Source of the DNA: a virus
Reading direction: 5' to 3' (one strand)
DNA: 64,000 nucleotides
Virus record (IMG/VR): IMGVR_UViG_3300047160_003799
Of this stretch, positions 44,085 to 53,372 are shown piece by piece; the first letter of the stretch is position 1, and each line of letters begins with the position of its first letter. The notes below the pieces were generated by a model. The model did no database searches. It was given only the letters and a program-made list of their open reading frames with translations, and was not told the DNA's origin. The position numbers and the translations under genes were made by a program.

Positions 44085-45133
44085 ATCTTCAAGATCCATG
44101 CAGTACGCGCTGCTGGGGCGCCACTGGCTGATGGCATACGCATTGGCGAACCAGGTTCGGTTGCTACCTCGAACGCAAGAACGTAGCAATCAGCTCCGTC
44201 GAAGCGACCCCTGCCGAATACAAGCCGTGCTTGTGTAAGATGGATGCCGATGAGAGAAACGATGTCAACGTGAACATCGTGGATAAAGGGATGTTCAATT
44301 GGAACTTCACTATCACCTGCTGGTGAGAAGCCGTGTAGATTCGCGAGGTCTTCTACTGCGTCCATCGCTGGGAACATGCGATACGAGCGCTTCTCAGCAA
44401 ATTTATTCATAGCGATGATGATTTGAGATTCGATCTTATGAGAGAGGGGGCTCTCTGTAAGACTCTCCTCACGGAAGTCGCTGCCTGAAAGTTGAGGAGG
44501 TGTATCTGGATTACGAGTGAATCTGAGATGACTACCTGTTTTGGAGAGCGAGATGTCTACCTCAATGCCGCCGTCTGGCAGGCGATAGACGATTGCTACG
44601 GTAGCTGCGACCCTTTGTTCCGAAGGTGGGCGATCAACAGGATGAACGCGGATTGGTGACGACACCCTCTGGCGACCTTGGGTCGGGCCAGTCGTATTGC
44701 TACGGAAGCCTGCACGGTTCAACCCATGACCAACTCGTGTATCGTGACCTTGTGCTGCGTCCTTGAGTTCCCGCTCAAGGAAATCGAGGATGTCACGCTC
44801 ATCGTCATTCGGTGCTAGCGCCTCTTCAAGCGGATCCATCTTATGAAGCGAAGTGCGCTGCAGGCGCTTCAAGAAAGCGGCGCGGAAGCCATCCTTGTAG
44901 CCCTGTAGAAAGCGCTCGCTCTCATTGTGGAGATGGCGCATTCTGGCAAAAGCCATGATCGTCTCGTCTTTGGCAAGTCCTTTGATTAGTTGCTTACGTT
45001 GCGCAATGTCCTTTTCAGCAGCGATGTACTCGATGCTCACGGACTTCGACAAGAACTCGCCTGCCTTGTATCCCCTCTTATAGTCGGCATTGTCGCCAGT
45101 AGCTTCGTGGAGCCTAAGAGCATCTCGTATCAT
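44081..45133 (-). CDS. hypothetical protein (350 aa)
   Basis: ORF track. Confidence 0.5.
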   Translation of the reverse strand: MIRDALRLHEATGDNADYKRGYKAGEFLSKSVSIEYIAAEKDIAQRKQLIKGLAKDETIMAFARMRHLHNESERFLQGYKDGFRAAFLKRLQRTSLHKMDPLEEALAPNDDERDILDFLERELKDAAQGHDTRVGHGLNRAGFRSNTTGPTQGRQRVSSPIRVHPVDRPPSEQRVAATVAIVYRLPDGGIEVDISLSKTGSHLRFTRNPDTPPQLSGSDFREESLTESPLSHKIESQIIIAMNKFAEKRSYRMFPAMDAVEDLANLHGFSPAGDSEVPIEHPFIHDVHVDIVSLIGIHLTQARLVFGRGRFDGADCYVLAFEVATEPGSPMRMPSASGAPAARTAWILKI

Positions 45134-45992
45134 AGACCACTATCTGCTGTCTCGGAGAGAAGAGAGCAATGACTTGCCACATCTTCTGAGCCGTGAATGT
45201 GAAGCGGTTGCGATGCTTCTGGTTGATCCTGATAGGCGTGATGATCTCGTTCTCACCGACCTGCTCTGGCGTTGAACCTGGAACTGCTGGGTTGACACGT
45301 GAGCGCCCGAGCGAATCGAAGTTGACACCGTAGATGTCGTAGAGCCCTTGGTCAGTAACAGGGCCAGAAACGCTTGTCGTGAACTGCTGGTGCAAGTACG
45401 CTTGGAATTCTGGATCGTTCACGTCCGCTGGCTTACCCTTCCAGTTGAACGGCGGATATTCTGGTGACGGGTATGGTGGTGGAAGGTTCCTATCGACAGG
45501 CGAGAACGGGTAGTCGGAGAACTCGTTGACGTAGCCTGCTGGCGTTCTCTTTGGCTTGCAGCACGGTGGCTTCGGATAGTCGATTGAAACGACGCACATC
45601 CCGTAGCCGTTCACCGTAGGAATGCTGTTCGGTGTGATGTACCAGAAAAGCTGCTGCCATGGCGAATGAAAACGTACGCTGCCTACAGGAATCGTGAACG
45701 ACTGGACAGGGATGGTCTTTGAGAAAGGGTCAGGCCAATTAGGAATGGCTGTGTCAAGCTCGACGTAAGGCACGTGCTGCTTATCTAGCAGATACTTGAC
45801 CTTATCCATCTCATTCGCATAGACAGCTCTGAACGCCCCATCTAGATCATGGGTCTGCTTGAGCTGGAGCTGCTGGTCGTACTCTTGAACCTGGTTAGTG
45901 ATCGCGAGTTTCTGGCTGTTCCAGGCTTGGTAGGCAGCTTCGAGATTATCTTCGGCAGAGGGCATCGATGATCTCCCTTGGGCTCTCACCAA
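45114..45992 (-). CDS. hypothetical protein (292 aa)
   Basis: ORF track. Confidence 0.5.
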   Translation of the reverse strand: MVRAQGRSSMPSAEDNLEAAYQAWNSQKLAITNQVQEYDQQLQLKQTHDLDGAFRAVYANEMDKVKYLLDKQHVPYVELDTAIPNWPDPFSKTIPVQSFTIPVGSVRFHSPWQQLFWYITPNSIPTVNGYGMCVVSIDYPKPPCCKPKRTPAGYVNEFSDYPFSPVDRNLPPPYPSPEYPPFNWKGKPADVNDPEFQAYLHQQFTTSVSGPVTDQGLYDIYGVNFDSLGRSRVNPAVPGSTPEQVGENEIITPIRINQKHRNRFTFTAQKMWQVIALFSPRQQIVVYDTRCS

Positions 45993-47244
45993 AGATGATC
46001 TTCGCTACGACTGACGAAAGGGACTCACCAAGATCCTTCGGATAGAACCACTTCATTGTTTCGTGACGAAGCTGCTTGTCGTGTCGCCAACGCACTTGAG
46101 CTGCATAAACATACTGATCTGGGTTTCTGACGCCCATACGCGAGAGCCCACCCTTGAGTAGATCTACAAGCCGCTCTGCGACGACTCTGCGCTTCGCAAA
46201 CATCGACCACTTACCATCGCCTGGTACGTTAGGCGTGACTTCTTCGATCTTCCTTCCAGCCGATGAGTGCTTGAGGAGACCGTCAACAAAGGCAGCGTCG
46301 GGACCACCACCAAGGGCGGCGCCTACTCCATGTGTGCTCATAATCTGCGTGCCAAGCGGTCGAAGACCAGACTTCTCTCTGAGCTGCTTGACGTTTTTGA
46401 TCGTGATCCTATAGATAGGTGGCCTATCGTCGCCCTCGACTTCGTGCTGGCGCCTCTGGCTAAAGTTCTCGCACCAACTGTTAGGGCACTTGATGAGCGA
46501 TGGATCGTTCATCTTCTCGTCGGCTGTATTACGAGTACGACGAGCTAGAGGATGGTCACACTTTGGGCAACGGATGTCATCGTCCTGCGCTTCGTCCATA
46601 GCTTCCTGCTTCCCGATGTAGTCAGCTAGCCAGCGAACCTGTTCAAGCGTATGCTGCCCTTTACTCTTGTTAGCTAGATCCTTCTCGACGGCATCCATAT
46701 CACCGTCGTGACTAGCGTATAGGCAAAACACTTCTGCAAAATCTTCTTGCGGATGAGCCTGAGCGTACTTACTGACGAAGCTCGTATCGTTCGGTTTGAC
46801 GCCTGGCTTGCGCTTGTAAACCTTGTGGTAGTCTCCAAACAAGGAGAGGAACTCAGGGCTGCGCCGTACTTCATCAGAGATCTTCTGCGTAAGAAACTTG
46901 TGCCCTAGCTCGTGCATGACCAGGTTGAGCAAGCCACCTTTGACTGAACCTGGAAAGTTCTTATCGCGCTTGTCTAGGTAGACAGGCTGGCCTTGATCTG
47001 ATGCCTCACTGCCACCGCGAGTCGGTTCAATGCGGTAGTCTAGCTCAATACCGAGCCGTTGGAGCTTGGCATCAGCTTCGGCTTTCAAACGCTCCAGCTC
47101 TCTAGGCATCAAGGCGGCTCCTGTTGCAACCACCGACGACCGCAGAGAGCACACCATCGGTTCGGTATGAGATCCTCGTAGTGCTTCTGCTTCGGCTTCT
47201 CTGTTAGAAACGAGCGGACATACATCTCGTGACCTTTGGGGCAA
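45946..47244 (-). CDS. SprT/Wss1-like or DUF4157-like HExxH metallopeptidase-domain protein with Zn-ribbon
   Basis: LLNLVMHELGHKFL plus CPKCDHPLARR...CPNSWC. Confidence 0.45.
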   Translation of the reverse strand: MPQRSRDVCPLVSNREAEAEALRGSHTEPMVCSLRSSVVATGAALMPRELERLKAEADAKLQRLGIELDYRIEPTRGGSEASDQGQPVYLDKRDKNFPGSVKGGLLNLVMHELGHKFLTQKISDEVRRSPEFLSLFGDYHKVYKRKPGVKPNDTSFVSKYAQAHPQEDFAEVFCLYASHDGDMDAVEKDLANKSKGQHTLEQVRWLADYIGKQEAMDEAQDDDIRCPKCDHPLARRTRNTADEKMNDPSLIKCPNSWCENFSQRRQHEVEGDDRPPIYRITIKNVKQLREKSGLRPLGTQIMSTHGVGAALGGGPDAAFVDGLLKHSSAGRKIEEVTPNVPGDGKWSMFAKRRVVAERLVDLLKGGLSRMGVRNPDQYVYAAQVRWRHDKQLRHETMKWFYPKDLGESLSSVVAKIIFGESPREIIDALCRR

Positions 47245-47336
47245 CGCTCCCGCTTTCCTTCTTGGGGTATCGGCATTTCAGGGATGTTGCCACCTCCACT
47301 GTATCCCATGACTACCTCCCAAATAGGAAGACCCTA

Positions 47337-47816
47337 TCATGGCCGTGGTTGTCGTAGCTGTACTAGTCCAGCAGGAGGCGGTGGAATAGAGTGAGCAATG
47401 ATCTCAAGCGTCTGGTGGAATGGAGCGTGTGAGATGTCGAATACGGTGTGGTCGCGCCATAGGCGGAACGGAAAATTGTTGCCTGTCGCGTACTCTATAG
47501 TCCACACAGAATTGGCATAGTGAAACGTGATCTCGCCAACAACCGAACCTCCAGGGGGCGGAAGATAGGATGGTCTTGTCGTTGTAAGAAGTCTGACGAA
47601 GTCAAGGATCCAGTCAAGTTGAATGCTTCTGTAAGGGTTACGGTAAGGCAAAACAGGATTGTCATACTGGATCCTAGCCGCTATCCGAGCGATTCGCATC
47701 GGATGCGTTGGATCTTGGAGCCAGTGCTTGAGGGCTTGCTCCGTTCGATAGCTGATAGCTTCTAGGAGCGTAAGCCTGACGTTCTCACTCATCGAAGCTC
47801 CTAGTAGGAGTACCAA
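47337..47816 (-). CDS. hypothetical protein (159 aa)
   Basis: ORF track. Confidence 0.5.
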   Translation of the reverse strand: MVLLLGASMSENVRLTLLEAISYRTEQALKHWLQDPTHPMRIARIAARIQYDNPVLPYRNPYRSIQLDWILDFVRLLTTTRPSYLPPPGGSVVGEITFHYANSVWTIEYATGNNFPFRLWRDHTVFDISHAPFHQTLEIIAHSIPPPPAGLVQLRQPRP

Positions 47817-48703
47817 ACAGATTCGTCTGGTGGGGCGCCGTCTGCCTGCACTTCAACGGCGAACTCCCCATAAAGTGAACGAAAGATACGGATATCGGTA
47901 CGAAGACCCGTCAAGGTAATGTGATTGCCCCAGACCTGGTGCCAGATACCTGCTGGCTTAGTTTCGTCATCGTGGAAGAAGCCGAAGACTTCGTGAAGAA
48001 GATCATGCAAGGTGTCGAATGCAGCTTCTTCATTACTTGACGGCGCATGTTTCATCCATACGAGGATACCAGTAGCGAGCTTGCCGAAGAAGCCTGGATC
48101 CACTGGATCAAATCTCGGTTGAGAAGGGATCTTGACCTTCGCCTTGATCTCTGTGATCGGCTTGGCAAGCGGGCGTGCCCAGCGCTTGACCTTATCCTGC
48201 TCACCTACGACAGAATGGCTGTATACGAGGATGTAGTTAGATGATTCTGGAATGAAGTTGAAGGTGATCTCCGTATCACTGTTCGGAACGGCTGGAGTCA
48301 GCTTGACGCGAATGGAGAACTTTGCGCCAATAGCCTTCTCACTCGTTACCTTGAAACCATTGGCGTTTGCGATACCGTTGATTTCTTGGAGAACAGCGTT
48401 TTCATCCATCCCTTTCGTCTTCTCAGCAATGGCACGAAGCTTATCTTTGAGATCATTCTCGAATCTCAGATCGCGCGCAGCCTCTTCTTGTGGCTTGTGC
48501 TGTTCCTTTTCTCTTTCTTTCGCTTTGTCTGCCATCCACTGAGCCCAGAGCGCCTTGGCACAGCCAGGACAAATGCCGTGCGTTGTCGGTTCTCCCTTTG
48601 TCGTACCACCAGGGAGATCCAGATCAACTTTGCACCAGGCACAGATCTTCTTGGCCTCTAGCAAGAGCTTGAGCTTGAGCCCTACGTGTTCGCGCTCCCG
48701 CAT
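47801..48703 (-). CDS. leader-A family protein with Zn knuckle (MREREHVGLKLKLLLEAKKICAWC...CPGC)
   Basis: ORF track. Confidence 0.55.
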   Translation of the reverse strand: MREREHVGLKLKLLLEAKKICAWCKVDLDLPGGTTKGEPTTHGICPGCAKALWAQWMADKAKEREKEQHKPQEEAARDLRFENDLKDKLRAIAEKTKGMDENAVLQEINGIANANGFKVTSEKAIGAKFSIRVKLTPAVPNSDTEITFNFIPESSNYILVYSHSVVGEQDKVKRWARPLAKPITEIKAKVKIPSQPRFDPVDPGFFGKLATGILVWMKHAPSSNEEAAFDTLHDLLHEVFGFFHDDETKPAGIWHQVWGNHITLTGLRTDIRIFRSLYGEFAVEVQADGAPPDESVWYSY

Positions 48704-48743
48704 GGCTAATCCTTCCTACGGAATAGAGACTTGCTCATAGCGA

Positions 48744-49667
48744 TCATCTCTTCTTCCAGTTGAGCTTCTGGCCGCTGAGATGCTCCACGAGCGCGACGAC
48801 ATCCTCTTCTGGTATTCCAGTGATCTTGGCTACCCGTTCCACAGCCATGCGAATACCGCGCTCGTTCCAGCCCTCGCGTCCAGCTATGATCTTGAAGTGC
48901 CCGTAGACATCGAGTGCTTTCATAGCGTCGTAACGTTGTGAAGCTGGAAGAGGAGCTGGAGCGGGCGAGGGCGTTTGCTTTTTCTTCTTCTTGTCATCAC
49001 CATTGCCTAGATCAGTCTTGACGGACTCCAACAGTTGCTTGAGCTTGAGGCCGACGTACTCGCGGCTTTCATCTTGCTCTTTAGGTGAGATGTCTTTCAT
49101 GTGACTTACTCTCGGTTGACCATAGCGAAGAAGCCCAAACAGTTGTGTGAGCTTGTGCTGTGGATTCGTTGGCTGTTTGCCTACTATCGGCCTAACAAGA
49201 CCTGTGCTACCGAAGTCAGGCTCAAACGGATTCGAGAAGAACCACTGAACCAGCTTGAGCCATTCGCTCTTATCGCTTGGCTTGGTCACAGAGTTCATGA
49301 TCTTCGACATACCAGAAGCAAGCTGGAACTCGATGCCATGAGCCTGTGCAATGTCGGATGGGTGCATTCCATTGAGGATGTCCTTAGCGATACGAGCTAG
49401 CTTAGGAATAGGGAGCGCACGGGCTTGATCCTCGATCTCCGCTTTAGGCTCTCTGATTGTTCTTCGAGTAAGCGCGCTACTTTTTGCTTTCGTTGCTCGA
49501 TCATAGAGCATCTTGACGAACTTCGGTGATACACCTTCCTTAGCGGCGATCTCCTCGACAGTCTCGCCAGCATGAATGCGACTCATGACCTCATCTCTAT
49601 CGAGTGGCTTTTTCTTTTCCTCCGCTTCGAGCAGCTCCATGAGCTTGAGGTAGACGCTTTCTTTCAT
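48744..49667 (-). CDS. leader-A family protein with HTH-like segment and a second internal leader-A copy (res ~201-215)
   Basis: ORF track; MKESVYLKLMELLEA at N-terminus and SREYVGLKLKQLLESV internally (DNA ~49022-49067). Confidence 0.55.
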   Translation of the reverse strand: MKESVYLKLMELLEAEEKKKPLDRDEVMSRIHAGETVEEIAAKEGVSPKFVKMLYDRATKAKSSALTRRTIREPKAEIEDQARALPIPKLARIAKDILNGMHPSDIAQAHGIEFQLASGMSKIMNSVTKPSDKSEWLKLVQWFFSNPFEPDFGSTGLVRPIVGKQPTNPQHKLTQLFGLLRYGQPRVSHMKDISPKEQDESREYVGLKLKQLLESVKTDLGNGDDKKKKKQTPSPAPAPLPASQRYDAMKALDVYGHFKIIAGREGWNERGIRMAVERVAKITGIPEEDVVALVEHLSGQKLNWKKR

Positions 49668-51127
49668 GCCTTCCTCCAGTAGCTCAAGTAGTAAACGTCC
49701 TGGTCAGTCGGATTCTCTAGTGTTTCAATCGATGCATGTAGCTCAAGCTGCTTCGTCGCATGACCGCCAGATATAGCGTGGTAGATGTGGACCTTGACCT
49801 TGATCCCTTCCGTCGTCGTGTAATGTTCGAGGAAAAGACTAGTGTGATTGATCTTGGAGTGGAATCTGTACTCCTGTAGCTTGTACTTTGTACTGGTAAC
49901 GAGATCCTCGAACTTCTGGCAGAAGTCGGTGTAGGTCAAGCCTTGCGTCTTGCAAAGGTTCTCGGCGTCATCAATGAGATCTTGTTCATTTGGCTTCAAG
50001 TTCCCAGGCGGCGTGACTAGGTTCTCAGCAAGGTGCTCCTTCAAACTCTTGTGGTAAGCATCGGAGAACCAGGATGGTCCCTTCGCCTCCGCTTGCTTTA
50101 CTGCGGATGAGATAGCTGGCTTCGCTACGAGGATCGGGCGATGGTGCTGCGATGCTATCGCTGTGACCTTGTTCGCCTGCTCGTGGTCAACCCAACGAAG
50201 GACGAGGACAGCATCAGGTATCCGCTCTCCAAGAGTGTTTACAATCTTCGTTGGTGAATCAGACCTTGGGAAGTGCTTGACCTCGAATGAAGACTTGATC
50301 CACTGAGGAATGTCTCTCTCCAAGCCGCCAACGACCATGACGAAAGGCTTGTGCGCATGAGGCCATCCCGTTAGTCCAGTCGATGGAGCCTGCTGAGAAA
50401 TGGCCTTCACTGGCCTCACCCAAGGAGCAGGCTTGAATGGCTCTGGTTCTACGACTACTGTTTGCCCACTAGGCTCATGCGGCGCAACGACTGGCTTGTC
50501 AAAGCTATCCGCTAGATCCATTGCCTTATCGACTTCCTTGGTATGGAAGATCATCCAAGACATGAGAGCGCCGTAATGGATACCGTACTGCTCGCTCACC
50601 TCTTTCATCTTGGCCCAGAGCTGCTCTTTGATTTCCTTTTCAGTTTGCGGTGCGAGCTTATGTGCTCTATACAGCACATCAGCGAACAGCTCTATCCACT
50701 CTTCTTGGGTGAGATGGTCGCCGTAGTAGCTCCAATCTATCGTGCCGTTCTTGAGACCAGCGATGAGTTCCTCCTCAGATGGAAGCGGAGCCCTGAGTGG
50801 TACCTTAGCGGCGTTCGCGATTTCGTCCTCTATCTTTTTCAGGCGTCCCTTAGCGTTCATGAGCTTGGCGCCGTGGTAATCGACCTTCGCTTGCAGCGTC
50901 GATGGATTCTCCTGGGAGAGCGTTATCATCGCAGTGAGATCAGAGGGACGGATGCCAGTCATATGCGCATAGGTGATAGGCGAAACCTTCGCGTAGCCGA
51001 ACTTCTTCGATACGCCGTGCATCGCTGCCAGGTAGGCAAGGTGTTTGATGATCTCCTGCTCTTGTGGATCAGGAGGTTTCGTAGCCTCTAGCAAGGCTCT
51101 GAGCTTGAGTCCTACGAACTCTTTCAT
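49664..51127 (-). CDS. leader-A family protein (487 aa)
   Basis: ORF track; MKEFVGLKLRALLEA. Confidence 0.55.
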   Translation of the reverse strand: MKEFVGLKLRALLEATKPPDPQEQEIIKHLAYLAAMHGVSKKFGYAKVSPITYAHMTGIRPSDLTAMITLSQENPSTLQAKVDYHGAKLMNAKGRLKKIEDEIANAAKVPLRAPLPSEEELIAGLKNGTIDWSYYGDHLTQEEWIELFADVLYRAHKLAPQTEKEIKEQLWAKMKEVSEQYGIHYGALMSWMIFHTKEVDKAMDLADSFDKPVVAPHEPSGQTVVVEPEPFKPAPWVRPVKAISQQAPSTGLTGWPHAHKPFVMVVGGLERDIPQWIKSSFEVKHFPRSDSPTKIVNTLGERIPDAVLVLRWVDHEQANKVTAIASQHHRPILVAKPAISSAVKQAEAKGPSWFSDAYHKSLKEHLAENLVTPPGNLKPNEQDLIDDAENLCKTQGLTYTDFCQKFEDLVTSTKYKLQEYRFHSKINHTSLFLEHYTTTEGIKVKVHIYHAISGGHATKQLELHASIETLENPTDQDVYYLSYWRKA

Positions 51128-51954
51128 AGGATCTGGCCCTCCCGACGAGAGTGCATGTAGTAGGAGGGATTTGTTTGTAGACGACCACCGAAGGCTCCGT
51201 CATGAAGGTTCCCAACCAAGATGTAAGCTTTGGCGAGAGGGAACCAGGACAAGACCAAGATGACCGAACGAGAGTAAATCACTTCAATAGGATCGCTCGT
51301 AAGCATGGGATCAACTGTCTGCGCAAAAATGCCTTGATGTGAAAATGGTTCTGAGAAGTCCCAGGCTTGAGTAACCTCGTGCCACAAGTCAATAGGAACA
51401 TCAGCAAAGGAACGATGGGTGTGCAAGTGCAAGTTGCGCTGTACCCACTGCTCTATCTGATGGCAGAGCTTCTGTTCGCCTGGCGTATTGGTGAAGTTGA
51501 CGGTTTCAGTCTGCTGGCGTTCATGCTGAACGTAACGATAACCTATCTCTTGATCGCCACGATTCACAGGATCGCCGTAGAGCACTGGCTTGCCTTGCTC
51601 GAAGGTCATGGAGTCCAATGCTAGGCGACCCTCCACACGCGCTAGCTGAATGATGCTGCCGTGCCGTCCAGGGCTTTCTGGACTGAGGAGCGGATCCTGC
51701 TGCGCAGCTCTTTCATTACTTACGGCTACTGTCACGAGAATAGTTCGCCCCCTAAGATCACGGCGATGGAGTGCCCGCCCTCGTCCGAAGCCCAAGCTTT
51801 CTGCCAGAATGTGGAGATAACGGAAAACTTCCCCCTGGTGTTCTTGCTTGGCCCAGAGCTGGAGCTTCTTCCTGAGTTCTTCCTCTTCTGGAGTAAGCTT
51901 TGGAGCATCCGCTTCTAGCAGTTGCCTGAGCTTGAGTCCTACGAACTCTTTCAT
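51124..51954 (-). CDS. leader-A family protein (276 aa from MKEFVGLKLRQLLEA)
   Basis: ORF 51124..51972 trimmed to Met preceding the motif. Confidence 0.55.
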   Translation of the reverse strand: MKEFVGLKLRQLLEADAPKLTPEEEELRKKLQLWAKQEHQGEVFRYLHILAESLGFGRGRALHRRDLRGRTILVTVAVSNERAAQQDPLLSPESPGRHGSIIQLARVEGRLALDSMTFEQGKPVLYGDPVNRGDQEIGYRYVQHERQQTETVNFTNTPGEQKLCHQIEQWVQRNLHLHTHRSFADVPIDLWHEVTQAWDFSEPFSHQGIFAQTVDPMLTSDPIEVIYSRSVILVLSWFPLAKAYILVGNLHDGAFGGRLQTNPSYYMHSRREGQIL

Positions 51955-52808
51955 ACTTCCACCCTGAACCAAGGGCTAAAAGCAGCGATGCAGCACCATA
52001 GCTCTTGCCCTGTGTAGGTCTCGTGGCCTGTGAAGGGGTAGTGAGTCCATAGGAGATGAACGTCAGGGTGCGGTTTCTCTGCCTCAAAGTCACGAGTTGG
52101 ACTACCAACAGAATGTGGCTCAATCGCATAATCGCCAACAAGCCACGCTGACGGTCCCTTGTGCCACTTGTCTTCGATTTCTATAGCGCCAGGAAACAAG
52201 TGAAAGTCGCCAGCGACTTTCCGATGCTCGTACTTATAGTGCTTGAATGGATAGCCGATCATCTGGAGGAAGTACTGGAACGCGACCTTGGCAGTACTGC
52301 CATGAACGCGGATGATGGCGGTCGCTAGAGCTTTTGCTTGTATAGTGTCTCTGTTGCGCGATGAGATGTCGTGTATGGTGTCTCCAGTCTTAACAAGCTC
52401 GTCACGCTGAGCCTTCCAAGCGTCATACGCCTCATCAATCGACTGGTTCCTCTTGGCTACGATGGCTGCGTCACGGAGCTTGACGATATCGTTGAGGTAG
52501 TTGGAAGCGGTCAACAGATCGTTCTCATCCCAATCGGGGTATTGCTCACGAACGAATGGGATACCGACCATCTTGAAGTTGTAGATCGTCTCTGGGTAGA
52601 ACGTGAGCTTCTTGCCCGCTGCAAGCTGGCGAAGCCCGAAGGCGATGTCAGTAAGCTTCTCCTTGACCCAGCGAGGATCACGGCTATAGCGCCTGGCTTC
52701 CTGCTTAGAGATCTCGCGCTCGATCTTCTGGATGAAGCGAGCGATGTCGTCGTAGGGCTTGAGCCCATCGAGCAGGCGCTTGAGCTTGAGTCCTACGTGC
52801 TCAATCAT
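51951..52808 (-). CDS. leader-A family protein (285 aa from MIEHVGLKLKRLLDG)
   Basis: ORF 51951..52874 trimmed to Met 52808, which abuts the upstream stop. Confidence 0.55.
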   Translation of the reverse strand: MIEHVGLKLKRLLDGLKPYDDIARFIQKIEREISKQEARRYSRDPRWVKEKLTDIAFGLRQLAAGKKLTFYPETIYNFKMVGIPFVREQYPDWDENDLLTASNYLNDIVKLRDAAIVAKRNQSIDEAYDAWKAQRDELVKTGDTIHDISSRNRDTIQAKALATAIIRVHGSTAKVAFQYFLQMIGYPFKHYKYEHRKVAGDFHLFPGAIEIEDKWHKGPSAWLVGDYAIEPHSVGSPTRDFEAEKPHPDVHLLWTHYPFTGHETYTGQELWCCIAAFSPWFRVEV

Positions 52809-53100
52809 CTTGCACCCCCGCTGGCCGTCCATGAACGACGTTTGCAGCCCATCCTCGCTTCTCGGCTGCAGCAATGGCTCGTTGTATAACCTCTTTGAGC
52901 TTGACGCTGTTCCTGTCCATCAATGGAAACCAGCCAACGCCTCCGAAGATCCCCAAAGTAGGATCGTCCACAGGGAATGGCTCCCACTGGAGCATCGTGC
53001 CTCCACCAGATGGATACCAAACGTGCAGATTGATTGGCTTCCCAGGCGTAGGGTTAGCTTCAATGAGCTGTTTGACCTTCTCTCCAACGCACTCTCTCAT
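52801..53100 (-). CDS. small protein with degenerate leader-A (MRECVGEKVKQLIEA), 99 aa
   Basis: ORF track. Confidence 0.45.
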   Translation of the reverse strand: MRECVGEKVKQLIEANPTPGKPINLHVWYPSGGGTMLQWEPFPVDDPTLGIFGGVGWFPLMDRNSVKLKEVIQRAIAAAEKRGWAANVVHGRPAGVQDD

Positions 53101-53372
53101 GCGCCTGAGTCTCCCGTCGCTATCGTGCTCTTGATGGTCGGCGTGCCTTGAGGATGCTGCTTCGGAACGAACTGCCGTGGTGTCTGAGTCTTGGCCTTCT
53201 GCTTCTGAGCTTGACCCACCTGAGTTGGATCAACTGGTGGCTCTGGCTCTGGTGGTGGTGAGGCTTGCTGAGGAGCTGTTGACGGAGGCACGTTCTGGCC
53301 TTGCTCGATGATGGAGCGAGGGCTTGTGCCAGCGATGATAGCTGCAAGTACTTCGGATAGGTTCATCGCCAA
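53097..53372 (-). CDS. leader-B family small protein (MAMNLSEVLAAIIAGTSPRSIIEQ), Pro/Gln-rich
   Basis: ORF track. Confidence 0.45.
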   Translation of the reverse strand: MAMNLSEVLAAIIAGTSPRSIIEQGQNVPPSTAPQQASPPPEPEPPVDPTQVGQAQKQKAKTQTPRQFVPKQHPQGTPTIKSTIATGDSGA

